64,000 nt of DNA from Chloroflexota bacterium. Its GTDB lineage: Bacteria > Chloroflexota > UBA11872. The stretch's first letter is position 1; every line of letters starts with the position of its first letter. The stretch is taken from positions 169,182 through 233,181 of the forward strand of contig JAJECS010000024.1 in assembly GCA_022821905.1 (NCBI GenBank), read 5' to 3'. Position numbers and translations under genes: made by a program. Shown here one piece after another: positions 1 through 9,780 of the stretch. The notes beneath the pieces were generated by a model, which worked only from the letters and a program-made list of their open reading frames with translations, searched no databases and was not told where the DNA came from.

Positions 1-396
1 GGGCATGGAATCACCGTCACCGGCTACGGCGTCCGCAAAGCACGTCACCTTCTGACGCGACGCCCCGCCCAGGAGTTGCCAGATCGGCGTGTTCAGGTGC
101 TGGCCCAGGATGTCCCACAGCGCGATGTCGATGGCCGAGGCGGCGGCGGTGATCACCGTGCCACCCTCGAAGTACTGGCTGCGGTAGAGCACCTGGTGGA
201 TGTCTTCGATCCGCCGCGGGTCCTTGCCGATCAGGAACTCGCGGTAGTGGTCGAACATGCCTCCGACCGCCCGCTCTCGGCCCGCCGTGCCGGCTTCACC
301 CAGCCCGGAGATGCCGGCGTCGGTCTCGACTTTAACCACGATCTGGGGCCGCATTCCCACCGTAGGCGCAAAGTGCTTGACGTCGGTGATCCGCAT
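1..396 (-). CDS. Mandelate racemase/muconate lactonizing enzyme family (galactonate dehydratase-like), runs off the left edge of the window
   Basis: Not in the ORF track. Manual translation from ATG 396 gives MRITDVKHF..IVVKVETDAGISGLGEA..SAIDIALWDILGQHLNTPIWQLLGG, the enolase-superfamily N-domain. A GGAGG RBS lies upstream. Confidence 0.9.
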   Translation of the reverse strand, partial: MRITDVKHFAPTVGMRPQIVVKVETDAGISGLGEAGTAGRERAVGGMFDHYREFLIGKDPRRIEDIHQVLYRSQYFEGGTVITAAASAIDIALWDILGQHLNTPIWQLLGGASRQKVTCFADAVAGDGDSMP

Positions 397-484
397 GTCG
401 CCTCCCCCACGAGGGCTCGGATGCGCTCGCACCCGCGGAACCGGCCGCCTATGATCGCATGCTGCCCCTGGAGCTTGGCGCCCG

Positions 485-1474
485 TTGTCGTTGGGCGGCG
501 GGCGAGCAAAGGCGGACCATCCCGTGGACCTGCTGTTCTGCAACGACTACATGCCGGACCTGTCGGGCGGCATCCAGGCGGCCCTTCCCGATCATCGCGT
601 GCGCACGTGTCCCGAGGCCGAGGTTGCGGAGCACGCCGGTGACGCCGCGGTCCTGCTCCCGGCCCGGGCCATCATTGACGCGAGAGTCCTCGACGCGTCG
701 CCAGAATTGCGCCTGGTGCAGCAGCCGGGCGTTGGACTCGACGCCATTGACGTGGCGGCTGCCAACGCCCGCGGGGTGCGCGTCGCCAATGTGCCCTCGG
801 CCGACGGCGGGCTGGCTCAGGCCGTGGCGGAAATGGCCCTTTTCCTGCTCATCGGCGGCGGACGGCGCTATCCGCGACTGCTCGAGGGCGTACGCACGCA
901 GGACTGGAACGTGCCGTTCGGCCACTCGCTTTTTGGGTCCAGGGTCTGCGTCATCGGCCTGGGAGGCATCGGCAGCCAGCTCGTGCGGCTCTTGCAGCCG
1001 TTCGGCTGCGAAATCGTGGGCGTACGCCGCACGCCCCGCGAGAGCGACGTACAGGACCTCGGCTTGACGTCGGTGCACGCGCCCGACGAGCTGCATGAGG
1101 CCGTGCGCGGCTGTCGCTTCATTGCGCTGGCCACGCCGCTGACGGCGGAAACCGAGGGCATGATCGACGCCGACGCCATCGCGGCCATGGACGACGACGC
1201 CGTGATCGTAAACGTGGCGCGGGGACATGTGATCGACCGTGAAGCGCTCATCGACGCGCTTGGCAGCGGCAAGCTGAGCACGGCCGGGATCGACGTCTTC
1301 TGGGAGGAACCGGTCGATCCGACCGATCCCGTCTTCGACTATGAGGTGTTCGTGACGCCGCACGCCTCCAACGCCTGCGACGTGTTCGTGCGCGAGACCG
1401 CGGCCGGCGTGGCCGAAAACGTGCGGCGACTGATCGCGGGCGAGCCGCTGCTCTGGGAGGCGAAGGCATCGTGA
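485..1474 (+). CDS. D-isomer-specific 2-hydroxyacid dehydrogenase family (start may be GTG 524)
   Basis: Motifs GLGGIG, NVARG, IDVFWEEP, VTPH. Confidence 0.9.
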   Translation: MSLGGGRAKADHPVDLLFCNDYMPDLSGGIQAALPDHRVRTCPEAEVAEHAGDAAVLLPARAIIDARVLDASPELRLVQQPGVGLDAIDVAAANARGVRVANVPSADGGLAQAVAEMALFLLIGGGRRYPRLLEGVRTQDWNVPFGHSLFGSRVCVIGLGGIGSQLVRLLQPFGCEIVGVRRTPRESDVQDLGLTSVHAPDELHEAVRGCRFIALATPLTAETEGMIDADAIAAMDDDAVIVNVARGHVIDREALIDALGSGKLSTAGIDVFWEEPVDPTDPVFDYEVFVTPHASNACDVFVRETAAGVAENVRRLIAGEPLLWEAKAS

Positions 1475-2313
1475 TTGTCGACGTCCACACGCACCTCAGC
1501 ACTTCCGAGCAGTGGGGCCCGCAATTCAGCCAGGCCATCGCGCTGACCTATCCGCCGGACGTGCTGGACATCAACGTCACGCCCGAGCGGCACTGGGAGG
1601 CCGAGAAGACCGCGGACCGGGTGATCGTGTTCGGCATCAACTCCATCGCCATGGAAATGTGCACGCCCAACGACCACATCGCCGCCTACGTGCGCCAGCA
1701 TCCGGAGAAGCTGATCGGATTTATGTCAATCGATCCCAATCAGCCGGACGCCCTCGACGAGATCGATCGATCCGTGAACGACCTCGGCCTGCGCGGCATC
1801 AAGATGAGCCCCGTCTATCAGCACTACCACCCCAACGACCCGAAGGCCGGGCGCGTCCACGCCCGCGCCCAGGAGCTTGGGCTGCCGATCCTGACCCACG
1901 CCGCCTACCAGGGCATGGCCAACACGCCCATGGAGCTGGCCAGTCCGCTGCTCTACGACCCGGTGGCGCGGGAGTTTCCGGGCCTCAAGATCATCCTGGC
2001 GCACATCGGCCTTCCGTGGTTCGCCGACGCCATGGTCGTCGCCCGCAAGCACCCCAACGTCTTCACCGACGTGTCGGGACTCGAGAACAAGCCGTGGTGG
2101 CTCTACCAGGCGCTAGCCATGCTCAGCGAGTTCGGCGCCATCGACAACGTGCTTTTCGGCAGCGACCTGCCCTTCAGCACCGTCGACGGCACCATCAACA
2201 CGCTGAGGAACATCAACGCCGTCACCGAAGGCACCCGGCTGCCCAGGATCCCGTCCGAGGAGATCGAGGGCATCATCCACCGGGACAGCCTGAGCCTGTT
2301 GGGCTTGGACTAG
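1471..2313 (+). CDS. Amidohydrolase family protein (Amidohydro_2)
   Basis: Motifs IVDVHTH, ILAHIG, LFGSD. 4-nt overlap with the upstream gene. Confidence 0.88.
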   Translation: MIVDVHTHLSTSEQWGPQFSQAIALTYPPDVLDINVTPERHWEAEKTADRVIVFGINSIAMEMCTPNDHIAAYVRQHPEKLIGFMSIDPNQPDALDEIDRSVNDLGLRGIKMSPVYQHYHPNDPKAGRVHARAQELGLPILTHAAYQGMANTPMELASPLLYDPVAREFPGLKIILAHIGLPWFADAMVVARKHPNVFTDVSGLENKPWWLYQALAMLSEFGAIDNVLFGSDLPFSTVDGTINTLRNINAVTEGTRLPRIPSEEIEGIIHRDSLSLLGLD

Positions 2314-2316
2314 CCC

Positions 2317-3141
2317 TCAGTCCAGCAGGCGGTCACCCAGCAGGTCGCGCACACCGCCGACGAACTGCTTCGACGCCTGCATGAGCATGTCGCCGTCGTA
2401 GCCGTAGCTCATGAAGGTCGCGCCCTTGTCGGCCCACTCGAGCGACTCGTCGATCGAGCCGATGTGCGGGCCGCCGGCGATGCCGTGGCGCTTGACCGCC
2501 GCGAGCATTCGCTCCACGCCATCCCTGATTTCCGGATGGTGAATCTGACCGGGGATTCCAATCGTGGCCGAATAGTCAGTGCGTCCGATCAGGATGGCGT
2601 CCAGGCCAGGCGTCGCCGCGATCTCGTCGATGTTCTCGATCCCGAGCCCGCTCTCCACTTTCACGGCGGTCAGGATCTCGCGGTTCTGCCCAGCAGTCAG
2701 CTCGCCGCAGTCCGGCTCCGCGAACTCCGTGTGCACGCCTGCCGTCAGCACGCCGCGCTTCCCCTCCGGCGGGTATTTGCTGTAGCGCACCGCCATGGCC
2801 GCCTGCTCGGCAGTCTCGACGTGCGGCACGATCACTCCCATCGCGCCGGCGTCCAGCGGGCGGGCGATGAGGTGATCCTCCACGCTCGTGGTGCCCGCAA
2901 TGGGCACCATGCCGGTCAGCTTGGACGCCATGCAGATCGTCGCCAGCTCGGGGTATCCGGGCTGCCCGTGCTCCATATCGATGTAGTAGAAGTGAAACCC
3001 CGCCGATCCGAAAATCTGGGCCACCGGCGGCGAGGCAAACGAAATGCTGCACGCCCCCAAGACCACTTGGCCATTCCGAAGGGCGCGCGTGACGGGGTTG
3101 ACTTGATGGTTGATCGCGGATCGAACGGCGTAGCTGCTCAT
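2317..3141 (-). CDS. HpcH/HpaI aldolase family
   Basis: Motifs IDMEHG, LDAGAMGVIVPHVET, KYPPEGKRG, VES. ATG at 3141 with a GAGG RBS. Confidence 0.9.
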   Translation of the reverse strand: MSSYAVRSAINHQVNPVTRALRNGQVVLGACSISFASPPVAQIFGSAGFHFYYIDMEHGQPGYPELATICMASKLTGMVPIAGTTSVEDHLIARPLDAGAMGVIVPHVETAEQAAMAVRYSKYPPEGKRGVLTAGVHTEFAEPDCGELTAGQNREILTAVKVESGLGIENIDEIAATPGLDAILIGRTDYSATIGIPGQIHHPEIRDGVERMLAAVKRHGIAGGPHIGSIDESLEWADKGATFMSYGYDGDMLMQASKQFVGGVRDLLGDRLLD

Positions 3142-3219
3142 GGTGGTCCTCGGTGGCGGGCACTGGAGACGCGCCAATGTATCGCAGCGCCGCCGTCGAG
3201 CAGTCGCCACCCTTAGTCC

Positions 3220-3245
3220 GTCATTCCCGCGAAGGCGGGAATCCA
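3220..3245. repeat. Palindromic GTCATTCCCGCG..GCGGGAATCCA element (dRS3/RPE-like)
   Basis: Sequence gtcattcccgcgaaggcgggaatcca. Related copies at 34230, 39330, 51361 and 57760. Confidence 0.85.
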
Positions 3246-3391
3246 CCCCGTAAGTCAACCGACCAATCGAGTGCGCCCACCACCGTTGGGTCGCCGTGCG
3301 CCGCTTAAGTGCCAGAATCTCCCACTAGCCGCGATTGGGCAGTGGCGCTACGCGATACGATCAAGCGCGCCGCCCAACTTTCGGAGCCCGC

Positions 3392-4333
3392 ATGACCAAA
3401 CCACCGCTCCAGGTCGTCGTCACGTTTGATGCGCACGGCGTGGCCGAGGCGCTGGGGGACGTGCCCGGTGTGCGTCTCGCCGCGGTCGGCGGCGCGGAAG
3501 CCGTCACGCCGCACCTGCCGACGGCCGACGTGCTGCTCGTGGGGGACTTCGATGCATCCATGCTGGCCCGCGCCGAGCGGCTGCGGTGGGTGCACGCCGC
3601 CTCGGGCGGCGTCGAGAAGATGCTGTTTCCGGAGTTCGTCGCCAGCCCCATTCCGTTCTCGTGCTCCAAGGGCGTGTTCGACACGCCGGGAGCGGAGCAC
3701 GCGCTGGCGTCGATGCTCGGATTCGCCCGCAACCTGATCTACGACGTGCAGCATCGAGTCTCCCGCGACTACGTCTACGGCTCGCCCACCGAGCTGCGCG
3801 GCAAGACCCTGGGAATCGCCGGCCTCGGCCGCATTGGCCGGGAGTTGGCGCGCCTGGCCCAAGCCTTTGGCATGCGCGTGATCGCCCTCCGCCGCTCGGA
3901 CGACCACGACCACCCGCATGTCGACGAGATGCTGCACCGAGACGAGCTGCCTCGACTTCTCAGCGAGTCCGACTACGTCGCCGTGGCCGTCCCCAACACG
4001 CCCGAGACTCAGCACTTCATCGGCGACGTCGAACTCGCGCTCATGAAGCCCTCGGCCTACCTGATCGATGTCTCCGGGCGCGACGTCATCTACGACCTGG
4101 ACGCCCTGGCCGACGCCCTGCGCGGAGGGCGCCTCGCCGGCGCCAGCCTGCAGATCTCCCCGCCGCCCGACGAATCGCCGCTCTGGGGCATCGACACCTT
4201 CCACCTGTCGTTCCACCGGGCTACGTCTACCGAGGAAGAGCGCCGCTGGCTGGACCTCTTCACCGACAACCTTCGCCGGTTTCAAGCCGGCGAGCCGCTG
4301 CTGAGCCTGGTCGACAAGCGCGCCGGGTACTGA
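3392..4333 (+). CDS. D-2-hydroxyacid dehydrogenase family, divergent active site
   Basis: GLGRIG, LRWVHAASGGVE, VPNTPET. The usual NxARG, DVxxxEP and TPH motifs are altered. Confidence 0.85.
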   Translation: MTKPPLQVVVTFDAHGVAEALGDVPGVRLAAVGGAEAVTPHLPTADVLLVGDFDASMLARAERLRWVHAASGGVEKMLFPEFVASPIPFSCSKGVFDTPGAEHALASMLGFARNLIYDVQHRVSRDYVYGSPTELRGKTLGIAGLGRIGRELARLAQAFGMRVIALRRSDDHDHPHVDEMLHRDELPRLLSESDYVAVAVPNTPETQHFIGDVELALMKPSAYLIDVSGRDVIYDLDALADALRGGRLAGASLQISPPPDESPLWGIDTFHLSFHRATSTEEERRWLDLFTDNLRRFQAGEPLLSLVDKRAGY

Positions 4334-4405
4334 GCACCGAGCTCCGGTTGCCACCACCGGAGTCGGCCGACACAATCCGCCAACGCCTCTCCGAGGAGCC
4401 TCCCC

Positions 4406-5437
4406 ATGAGCGACCAACTCCGCCTGGCCATGCTGGGCGCCAAGCACGGACACGCGCGCACTAAGACGCGCTGGCTGCGAGACACCCCCGACATCGACCT
4501 CGTCGGCATCTATGAGCCCAGTCTCGAGTTCCGCGCCGACCGGGAGACGACCCCCGAGTACCAGCACATCACCTGGATCGACGACATTGACGACGTGCTT
4601 GGCGATGCGTCCATCAAGGGCGTGATCATCGGCGGGGCCGAGGTCGAGAATCCGTCCTACGCCCGACGGGCGCTCGCCGCCGGCAAGCACGTGCTCATGG
4701 AGAAGGCGTGCGGCTGGACCAAGGCCCACGCGGACGAGCTAATCGGCACGGCCAAGCAGAAGGGCCTGCTCTTCCAGGTCGGGTACAACTTCCGCCCGCT
4801 GCCGCCGTTTCGCCGTGTGATCGACATGGTCCGTGCCGGCGACTTCGGCACCGTCCATCTCGTGCGCGCGCACATGGGCTCGCCGTTCAGCGCCGATGTG
4901 CTCCCGCGTCAGCTTGGCGGGCCCTATTTCCGCGGCGGCGCGTTCTACAACCTGGGCTGCCACGCGCTCGACATGGTGATGGCCGTGGCGGGAACGCCCG
5001 ACGCCGTCCACCCCTTCCAGCGCCAGGTGCGCCCGGAGTCCCAAGCGCAGGACTACTACGACCTGAACATCGTCGTGCTCGAGTATCCCGAGACGCTCGC
5101 CTCGATCGAGCTGAGCTTCTTGGAGACCGAGAACCGGCGCCCGCGCAGCTTCGAGGTCTACGGCTCGGAGGCCCAGGCCATCGTGACGCCGTTCATGATT
5201 GCCGGCGACCGCGTGCCGTCAGCGGCGATCCACACCGGCGGTCCTGGCGCCGGCGCCGACGGCTGGCACATCCACGGCGCCGATCCCTTCGAGCCGTTCC
5301 GGGCCGACATCGACGAGTTCGCGGCGTGCGTGCGCGGCGAGCAGGAGCCGTGGTTCGACTACGCCCACGATCTGTCCGTGCAGCACACGCTCATGGACAT
5401 CTGCGGCGAGAGCGACGTGGAGGAGCTCCACAGCTAG
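4406..5437 (+). CDS. Gfo/Idh/MocA oxidoreductase
   Basis: Motifs AGKHVLMEK, GYNFR, GGAFYNLGCHALD. Confidence 0.88.
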   Translation: MSDQLRLAMLGAKHGHARTKTRWLRDTPDIDLVGIYEPSLEFRADRETTPEYQHITWIDDIDDVLGDASIKGVIIGGAEVENPSYARRALAAGKHVLMEKACGWTKAHADELIGTAKQKGLLFQVGYNFRPLPPFRRVIDMVRAGDFGTVHLVRAHMGSPFSADVLPRQLGGPYFRGGAFYNLGCHALDMVMAVAGTPDAVHPFQRQVRPESQAQDYYDLNIVVLEYPETLASIELSFLETENRRPRSFEVYGSEAQAIVTPFMIAGDRVPSAAIHTGGPGAGADGWHIHGADPFEPFRADIDEFAACVRGEQEPWFDYAHDLSVQHTLMDICGESDVEELHS

Positions 5438-5445
5438 CGCCGCGC

Positions 5446-7098
5446 TCAAATGCCCCGGGTGCGTCCCTCCAGCGAGGCGCGGGCCTCGGGCTGGCCTTCG
5501 ACCAGGCGCTGATCGCGCAGCGCGCCGCCGAGCGCCTGCGCGTGGCGGATGGCCACGGCGTCGCCAAGCTCGGAGTCGATCAGCTCCGCCAGCAGGCGGT
5601 CGGTCAACTCGCGTCGCACGTCCGCGTACTCGGGGTCGTCCCACAAGTTGTTGATGTCCTCGGGGTCGTTGACCACGTCGTAGAGCTCGCCGTAGGGCTG
5701 CCCGCCGTAGTGCAACAGCTTCCAACGGTCGGTCACCAGCATCTTGACCCGAATCTCGAACGGCTGGTCGTGAGTCTGCGGCCAGCTGCCGACGCCGGGA
5801 CCGCGCCTCGGCTGCTTCGAGTCCAGCAACCGCCGACCGCCGCCGCCCATCACCGTGATGCGCTCCACGATCACGGCGTCGCGGTGGGTGTCGGTTTCGC
5901 CTCGCAGGACCGGCGCGAACGAGCGGCCTTCCATCCCCAGCAAGGGTTCGGCCCCGGCCAGGTCGAGCACGGTGGGCGTGAGGTCCAGGTGCGTCATCAC
6001 GCTGTCGTACTTCCTGCCGGCTTCCACCGTCGGTGGATGCCGCCAGAGCATGGGGACCCGGTTGACGGCCTCGTACGACATCATCGGCTTGGCCGCCACA
6101 CCGTGGTCCGCCAGTCCCTCGCCATGGTCCGACGTGAACACCACGTGCGTGGAATCGCGCAGCCCCAGCCGATCCAATTCCTCCAGCACGCGGGCCATCT
6201 CGTCGTCGATGAATGTCGTCAGCCCGTAGTAGTGCGCCACGATCTCGCCGAAGTGATCCCCCGACCACCCGTCGTGCGTGTTGTAGCCGCCGTAGGGCAT
6301 GCCGTCCCGCGCCCATTGGTAGGCGGGAGGCTTGCGGCTCACGTCCTCCTGGGGAAACGGCCCCGGCATCGCCGCCGGGTCGTACATGTCGCAGTAGGGC
6401 CGCGGCGGAGCAAACGGCTGGTGCGGATCGGCGAACGACATCCAGAGGAAGAACGGCTCGTCGGCGTCGTGCTGCCGGAGCCACTCGATGGTGCGATCGG
6501 CCGTCCAATGCGTGTAGTGCCACTCGGCGGGGATCGAGTTCTTCCAACTCGCAAAGGCGCCGCTGGGCTCCTCCAGCGCCTGGTCCTGCCGCCAGAGCCG
6601 CAGGCCCTCGGGATGATTGCGCTCCAGCCACACGCGCCAGTGTCCGGCGGGATAGGCGTGGCCGGTGTGAATCTCCGTGTAGTCGAAGCCGAAATACGGC
6701 CCGTACCACAGCCCGTCCTCGTCGCTGACCGGCGCGCCCGGCGGCGGATCGTCCGGCAGCACGTCCTCGAGATCCGCAGTCTTGAAGTGCGCCTTGCCGA
6801 TCAACGCCGTGGTGTAGCCGGCCTCTCGCAGCGAGTCGCCCAGCACCGGAATCGACTCGCTCATGTTCACCGCGTGGTCGAACACCTGGTGCCCGCGCTG
6901 GCTGCGGCCGGTAATCATGCTGGCCCGAGCGGGCATGCAGATGGCATTGGTCGGATAGGCGCGGTCGAACCGCAGCCCGTCGCGCGCCAGCGAGTCCATG
7001 GCCGGCGTGCGGATATGCGGGTTGTTGTGCCCCATGGCATCCCAGCGCTGCTGGTCCGTGGTGATGAACAGGAAATTCGGACGCTGCTGGTTGGCCAT
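5446..7098 (-). CDS. Cys-type sulfatase (choline/aryl-sulfatase-like), no signal peptide
   Basis: RPNFLFITTDQQR, CMPARAS (CxPxR), GKAH, DPH, TSDHG. Confidence 0.93.
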   Translation of the reverse strand: MANQQRPNFLFITTDQQRWDAMGHNNPHIRTPAMDSLARDGLRFDRAYPTNAICMPARASMITGRSQRGHQVFDHAVNMSESIPVLGDSLREAGYTTALIGKAHFKTADLEDVLPDDPPPGAPVSDEDGLWYGPYFGFDYTEIHTGHAYPAGHWRVWLERNHPEGLRLWRQDQALEEPSGAFASWKNSIPAEWHYTHWTADRTIEWLRQHDADEPFFLWMSFADPHQPFAPPRPYCDMYDPAAMPGPFPQEDVSRKPPAYQWARDGMPYGGYNTHDGWSGDHFGEIVAHYYGLTTFIDDEMARVLEELDRLGLRDSTHVVFTSDHGEGLADHGVAAKPMMSYEAVNRVPMLWRHPPTVEAGRKYDSVMTHLDLTPTVLDLAGAEPLLGMEGRSFAPVLRGETDTHRDAVIVERITVMGGGGRRLLDSKQPRRGPGVGSWPQTHDQPFEIRVKMLVTDRWKLLHYGGQPYGELYDVVNDPEDINNLWDDPEYADVRRELTDRLLAELIDSELGDAVAIRHAQALGGALRDQRLVEGQPEARASLEGRTRGI

Positions 7099-7109
7099 GG
7101 CTGCTCCTG

Positions 7110-9701
7110 CTACCCCGCGGCGCGGAGTTGGAAATCGTGTGCGCCGTCGCCTATGGCGGCGGCCGCGATGGTTACTACATCGTCAGAAACGGCAACGCCC
7201 GGCGGCGGCGCTTCGAGCGAGGTGGTACGTCCGTCGATCACCAGCGCCGACTGCGCCGGATCCGTTCGCGGCAGCACCACGTCCGCCGCCACGCCCTCGG
7301 GCACGGTCACCTGAAGCTCGAAAGCGCCATTGCGCCGCTGCCAGGCAACCTCGAAATCCCCCTGCGGCGCGGGATGGACGCCGCGCGCCCATTCCAATCC
7401 GCCTGGTCGTGGTCGAATCTCGCACGTCGAGAAGCCCGGACCGGTCGGCATCACGCCCAGAACACGCGCCAAAAGCACCGTGCCCGTGAGCACACCGCCG
7501 CTATGCACCAGGCTGCGGACGCCCGCCGGGCGCACGCGTTGCTCGGTGGCCCAGGTGGCCATCTGCTCGTCGCGCACGATCCCGTTGCCCGCCGTGAAGT
7601 TGTCCCAGCCCTCCCAGATCGTGGGTTGGTCGGAAGCGCCCATCATGTAGGCGTAGCGCTCACTCAGTCGCTCGGCGCCGCCGGGCCGCGGCCCGGCCAG
7701 CATCAGCGCGTCGGCAACGTAGCCATAGAACAGCGGGCTCGTCGGCACCATGTCGTCCGGCGGGTTCGCAAGATGATCGGCGATACGCGCGGTCTGCTCC
7801 GGCGTCGCCACCCCGTACATGACCGCCAGCGAGTTCCCCAACTCGCTCACCACCGGAGACTGAGCGCCGTCGCGCACCGCGTCGACGAAAAGCCCGCGCG
7901 ACTCGTTCCAAAAGCTCTCTCGCACCGTGGGGCGCACCTGCTGTGCAATCTCGCGCCAGCGCTCAGCGTCATCGTCGCGACCAACCTCGTCCGCCAGCGC
8001 CGCCGCGTCCTCCAGGCTCGCCACGTAGAGGCAGTTGGTGATGACGCTCGCTCCACGAAAGTCGTTGGGCGTCCAATCGATGTGATAGAGCGGGTGCACC
8101 CAGGTCAGCAGCCCGGTCGTCCGGTCGCGGTGCGGGACGAACCAATCGAGTTGCTTGCGCACGCTGGGATACAGCTCATCCAGCACCCAGCGCCGCCCGC
8201 CGTAGAGATAGATTTCGCGAATGCGCGTGCTCCACTGCAGCATGAAGTGCTGGTTCACGTGCGTCGGCCAGAAGCTGGGCGGAAACGCCATCATCAGGTT
8301 CCCGTCGCCGCGGTCGCTCAGCGTGAACAGGCGGAAGTAGCGGTCCACCACCGGCAAGTCACCCCAGGCGACGTGGGTGAAGCGTCCCCCGTGGCTGCCG
8401 TCGCCGGCGCTCCAGGGCACGCGCTCCCGGTAGGAATCGCACACCAGCGTGTCCTCGATGTGCGATTCCATGGTGTCGACGCACGCCGTCCAAACCTTGG
8501 TCAGCACTTCGTCCGAGCACTCAAATCGCCCGCGGACGTCGGCCGGATAGCGATATTCGTTCAGTCCGATCGACTGGAGTCGCACCGGCTCGTGCCGGCT
8601 GCGCACCGTGACGTGCAGGTAGCGAAACTGTCGATACTCGCCGACCTGCCAGGTCTGTCGGCCCTCGCGGGCGATGACACGATCGCCGTAGCGCAGCGCG
8701 GCCGGGATGCGCCCACCGAGCAGTTGCTGGCCGTAGGTCACGTCCAAGATGGCTCCGGCCGGGGCATCGAACTCCAGCCGGGGATAGCCGAAGAGCTGCC
8801 GGCCGAAGTCAACGACCAGGAAGGGCGCGCGAATGCCTTGACCGGGAGCAAAGACGCTTTGCAGCGTCGCCGCCGATCCGCCGGGTTCCAGCGCCGCCGA
8901 CGTCTCCTGCGCCAGTGCGTTCTCCAGCGGCAGGTGCGGCTCGCTGTACAGCAGCTCGGGAATGTCGATCTGGCCCACCCGTCCCAGGTCGATCGTCTCG
9001 CCCACGTCAACGACCTCGCGCGGATAGACCATGCGCTCTTCCATCTGCGGAATCTCGCGCTTCTCGAAGACGAACCACTCCACGTCGTTGCCAGAGATTT
9101 CGACTGCACGCGCCCAATCGGCGTCGTCGAAATCCAACTCCATCCAATCCGCCGGATCGGCCCCGGCGTCGTAGACCTCGATGAAACCCACGAGGCTGTT
9201 GATGAGCTCGACGTCGGTCCGCCAGCCCTGCGCGGGTCGCAGGACCCAGTCCGAGTCGGTGCCGATGGTTTGCGCCGAGCCGTCCGCCAGGGTGAGATCG
9301 AGCTGCGCCCAAAGCCCGGCCCGCTCACCCACCGAGTAGGACGAACCGCTGCTGCTGCCCCAGCCCGTGCCGCGGCTGCCCTCGATTCCGTAGTGGTACG
9401 CCTGCACGGCGATCACGTTGCGACCTGCGGTCAGGTGGGCCGCCACGTCATGGGTGTCATAGCTCTTGCGCCGGGGATCGCTGCGCGCCGGTCCGCGTCC
9501 CAGATAGAGTCCGTTGACCCAAAGCACGTAGCGGTCGGCCGCGGATATGTGCAGCTCCGCCTGCGCGGCGTCGCCTTGCAGGTCGAAGCTTCGCCGGGCC
9601 ATGAGGTACCGGTTGCGCGGCTTGGGATCGCCGTCGGTCCAGATCCAACGAGCCGGCCAGTGCGATACCGCCGTCAATTCAGGCGGGGCGATCGAATACA
9701 T
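7110..9701 (-). CDS. Alpha-L-rhamnosidase-like glycoside hydrolase (GH78)
   Basis: HISAADRYVLWVNG..GRGPAR, VVDFGRQLFGYP, CDSYRER..W..D, TIWEGW, RSLVH. Confidence 0.88.
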   Translation of the reverse strand: MYSIAPPELTAVSHWPARWIWTDGDPKPRNRYLMARRSFDLQGDAAQAELHISAADRYVLWVNGLYLGRGPARSDPRRKSYDTHDVAAHLTAGRNVIAVQAYHYGIEGSRGTGWGSSSGSSYSVGERAGLWAQLDLTLADGSAQTIGTDSDWVLRPAQGWRTDVELINSLVGFIEVYDAGADPADWMELDFDDADWARAVEISGNDVEWFVFEKREIPQMEERMVYPREVVDVGETIDLGRVGQIDIPELLYSEPHLPLENALAQETSAALEPGGSAATLQSVFAPGQGIRAPFLVVDFGRQLFGYPRLEFDAPAGAILDVTYGQQLLGGRIPAALRYGDRVIAREGRQTWQVGEYRQFRYLHVTVRSRHEPVRLQSIGLNEYRYPADVRGRFECSDEVLTKVWTACVDTMESHIEDTLVCDSYRERVPWSAGDGSHGGRFTHVAWGDLPVVDRYFRLFTLSDRGDGNLMMAFPPSFWPTHVNQHFMLQWSTRIREIYLYGGRRWVLDELYPSVRKQLDWFVPHRDRTTGLLTWVHPLYHIDWTPNDFRGASVITNCLYVASLEDAAALADEVGRDDDAERWREIAQQVRPTVRESFWNESRGLFVDAVRDGAQSPVVSELGNSLAVMYGVATPEQTARIADHLANPPDDMVPTSPLFYGYVADALMLAGPRPGGAERLSERYAYMMGASDQPTIWEGWDNFTAGNGIVRDEQMATWATEQRVRPAGVRSLVHSGGVLTGTVLLARVLGVMPTGPGFSTCEIRPRPGGLEWARGVHPAPQGDFEVAWQRRNGAFELQVTVPEGVAADVVLPRTDPAQSALVIDGRTTSLEAPPPGVAVSDDVVTIAAAAIGDGAHDFQLRAAG

Positions 9702-9780
9702 GGCTCACTCCCAGCAACGCCCAATCGCCGCATGGTAGCGCCAGCGGCGGCGGACAACTTCCGCGAACTGAGGGCCCGAC

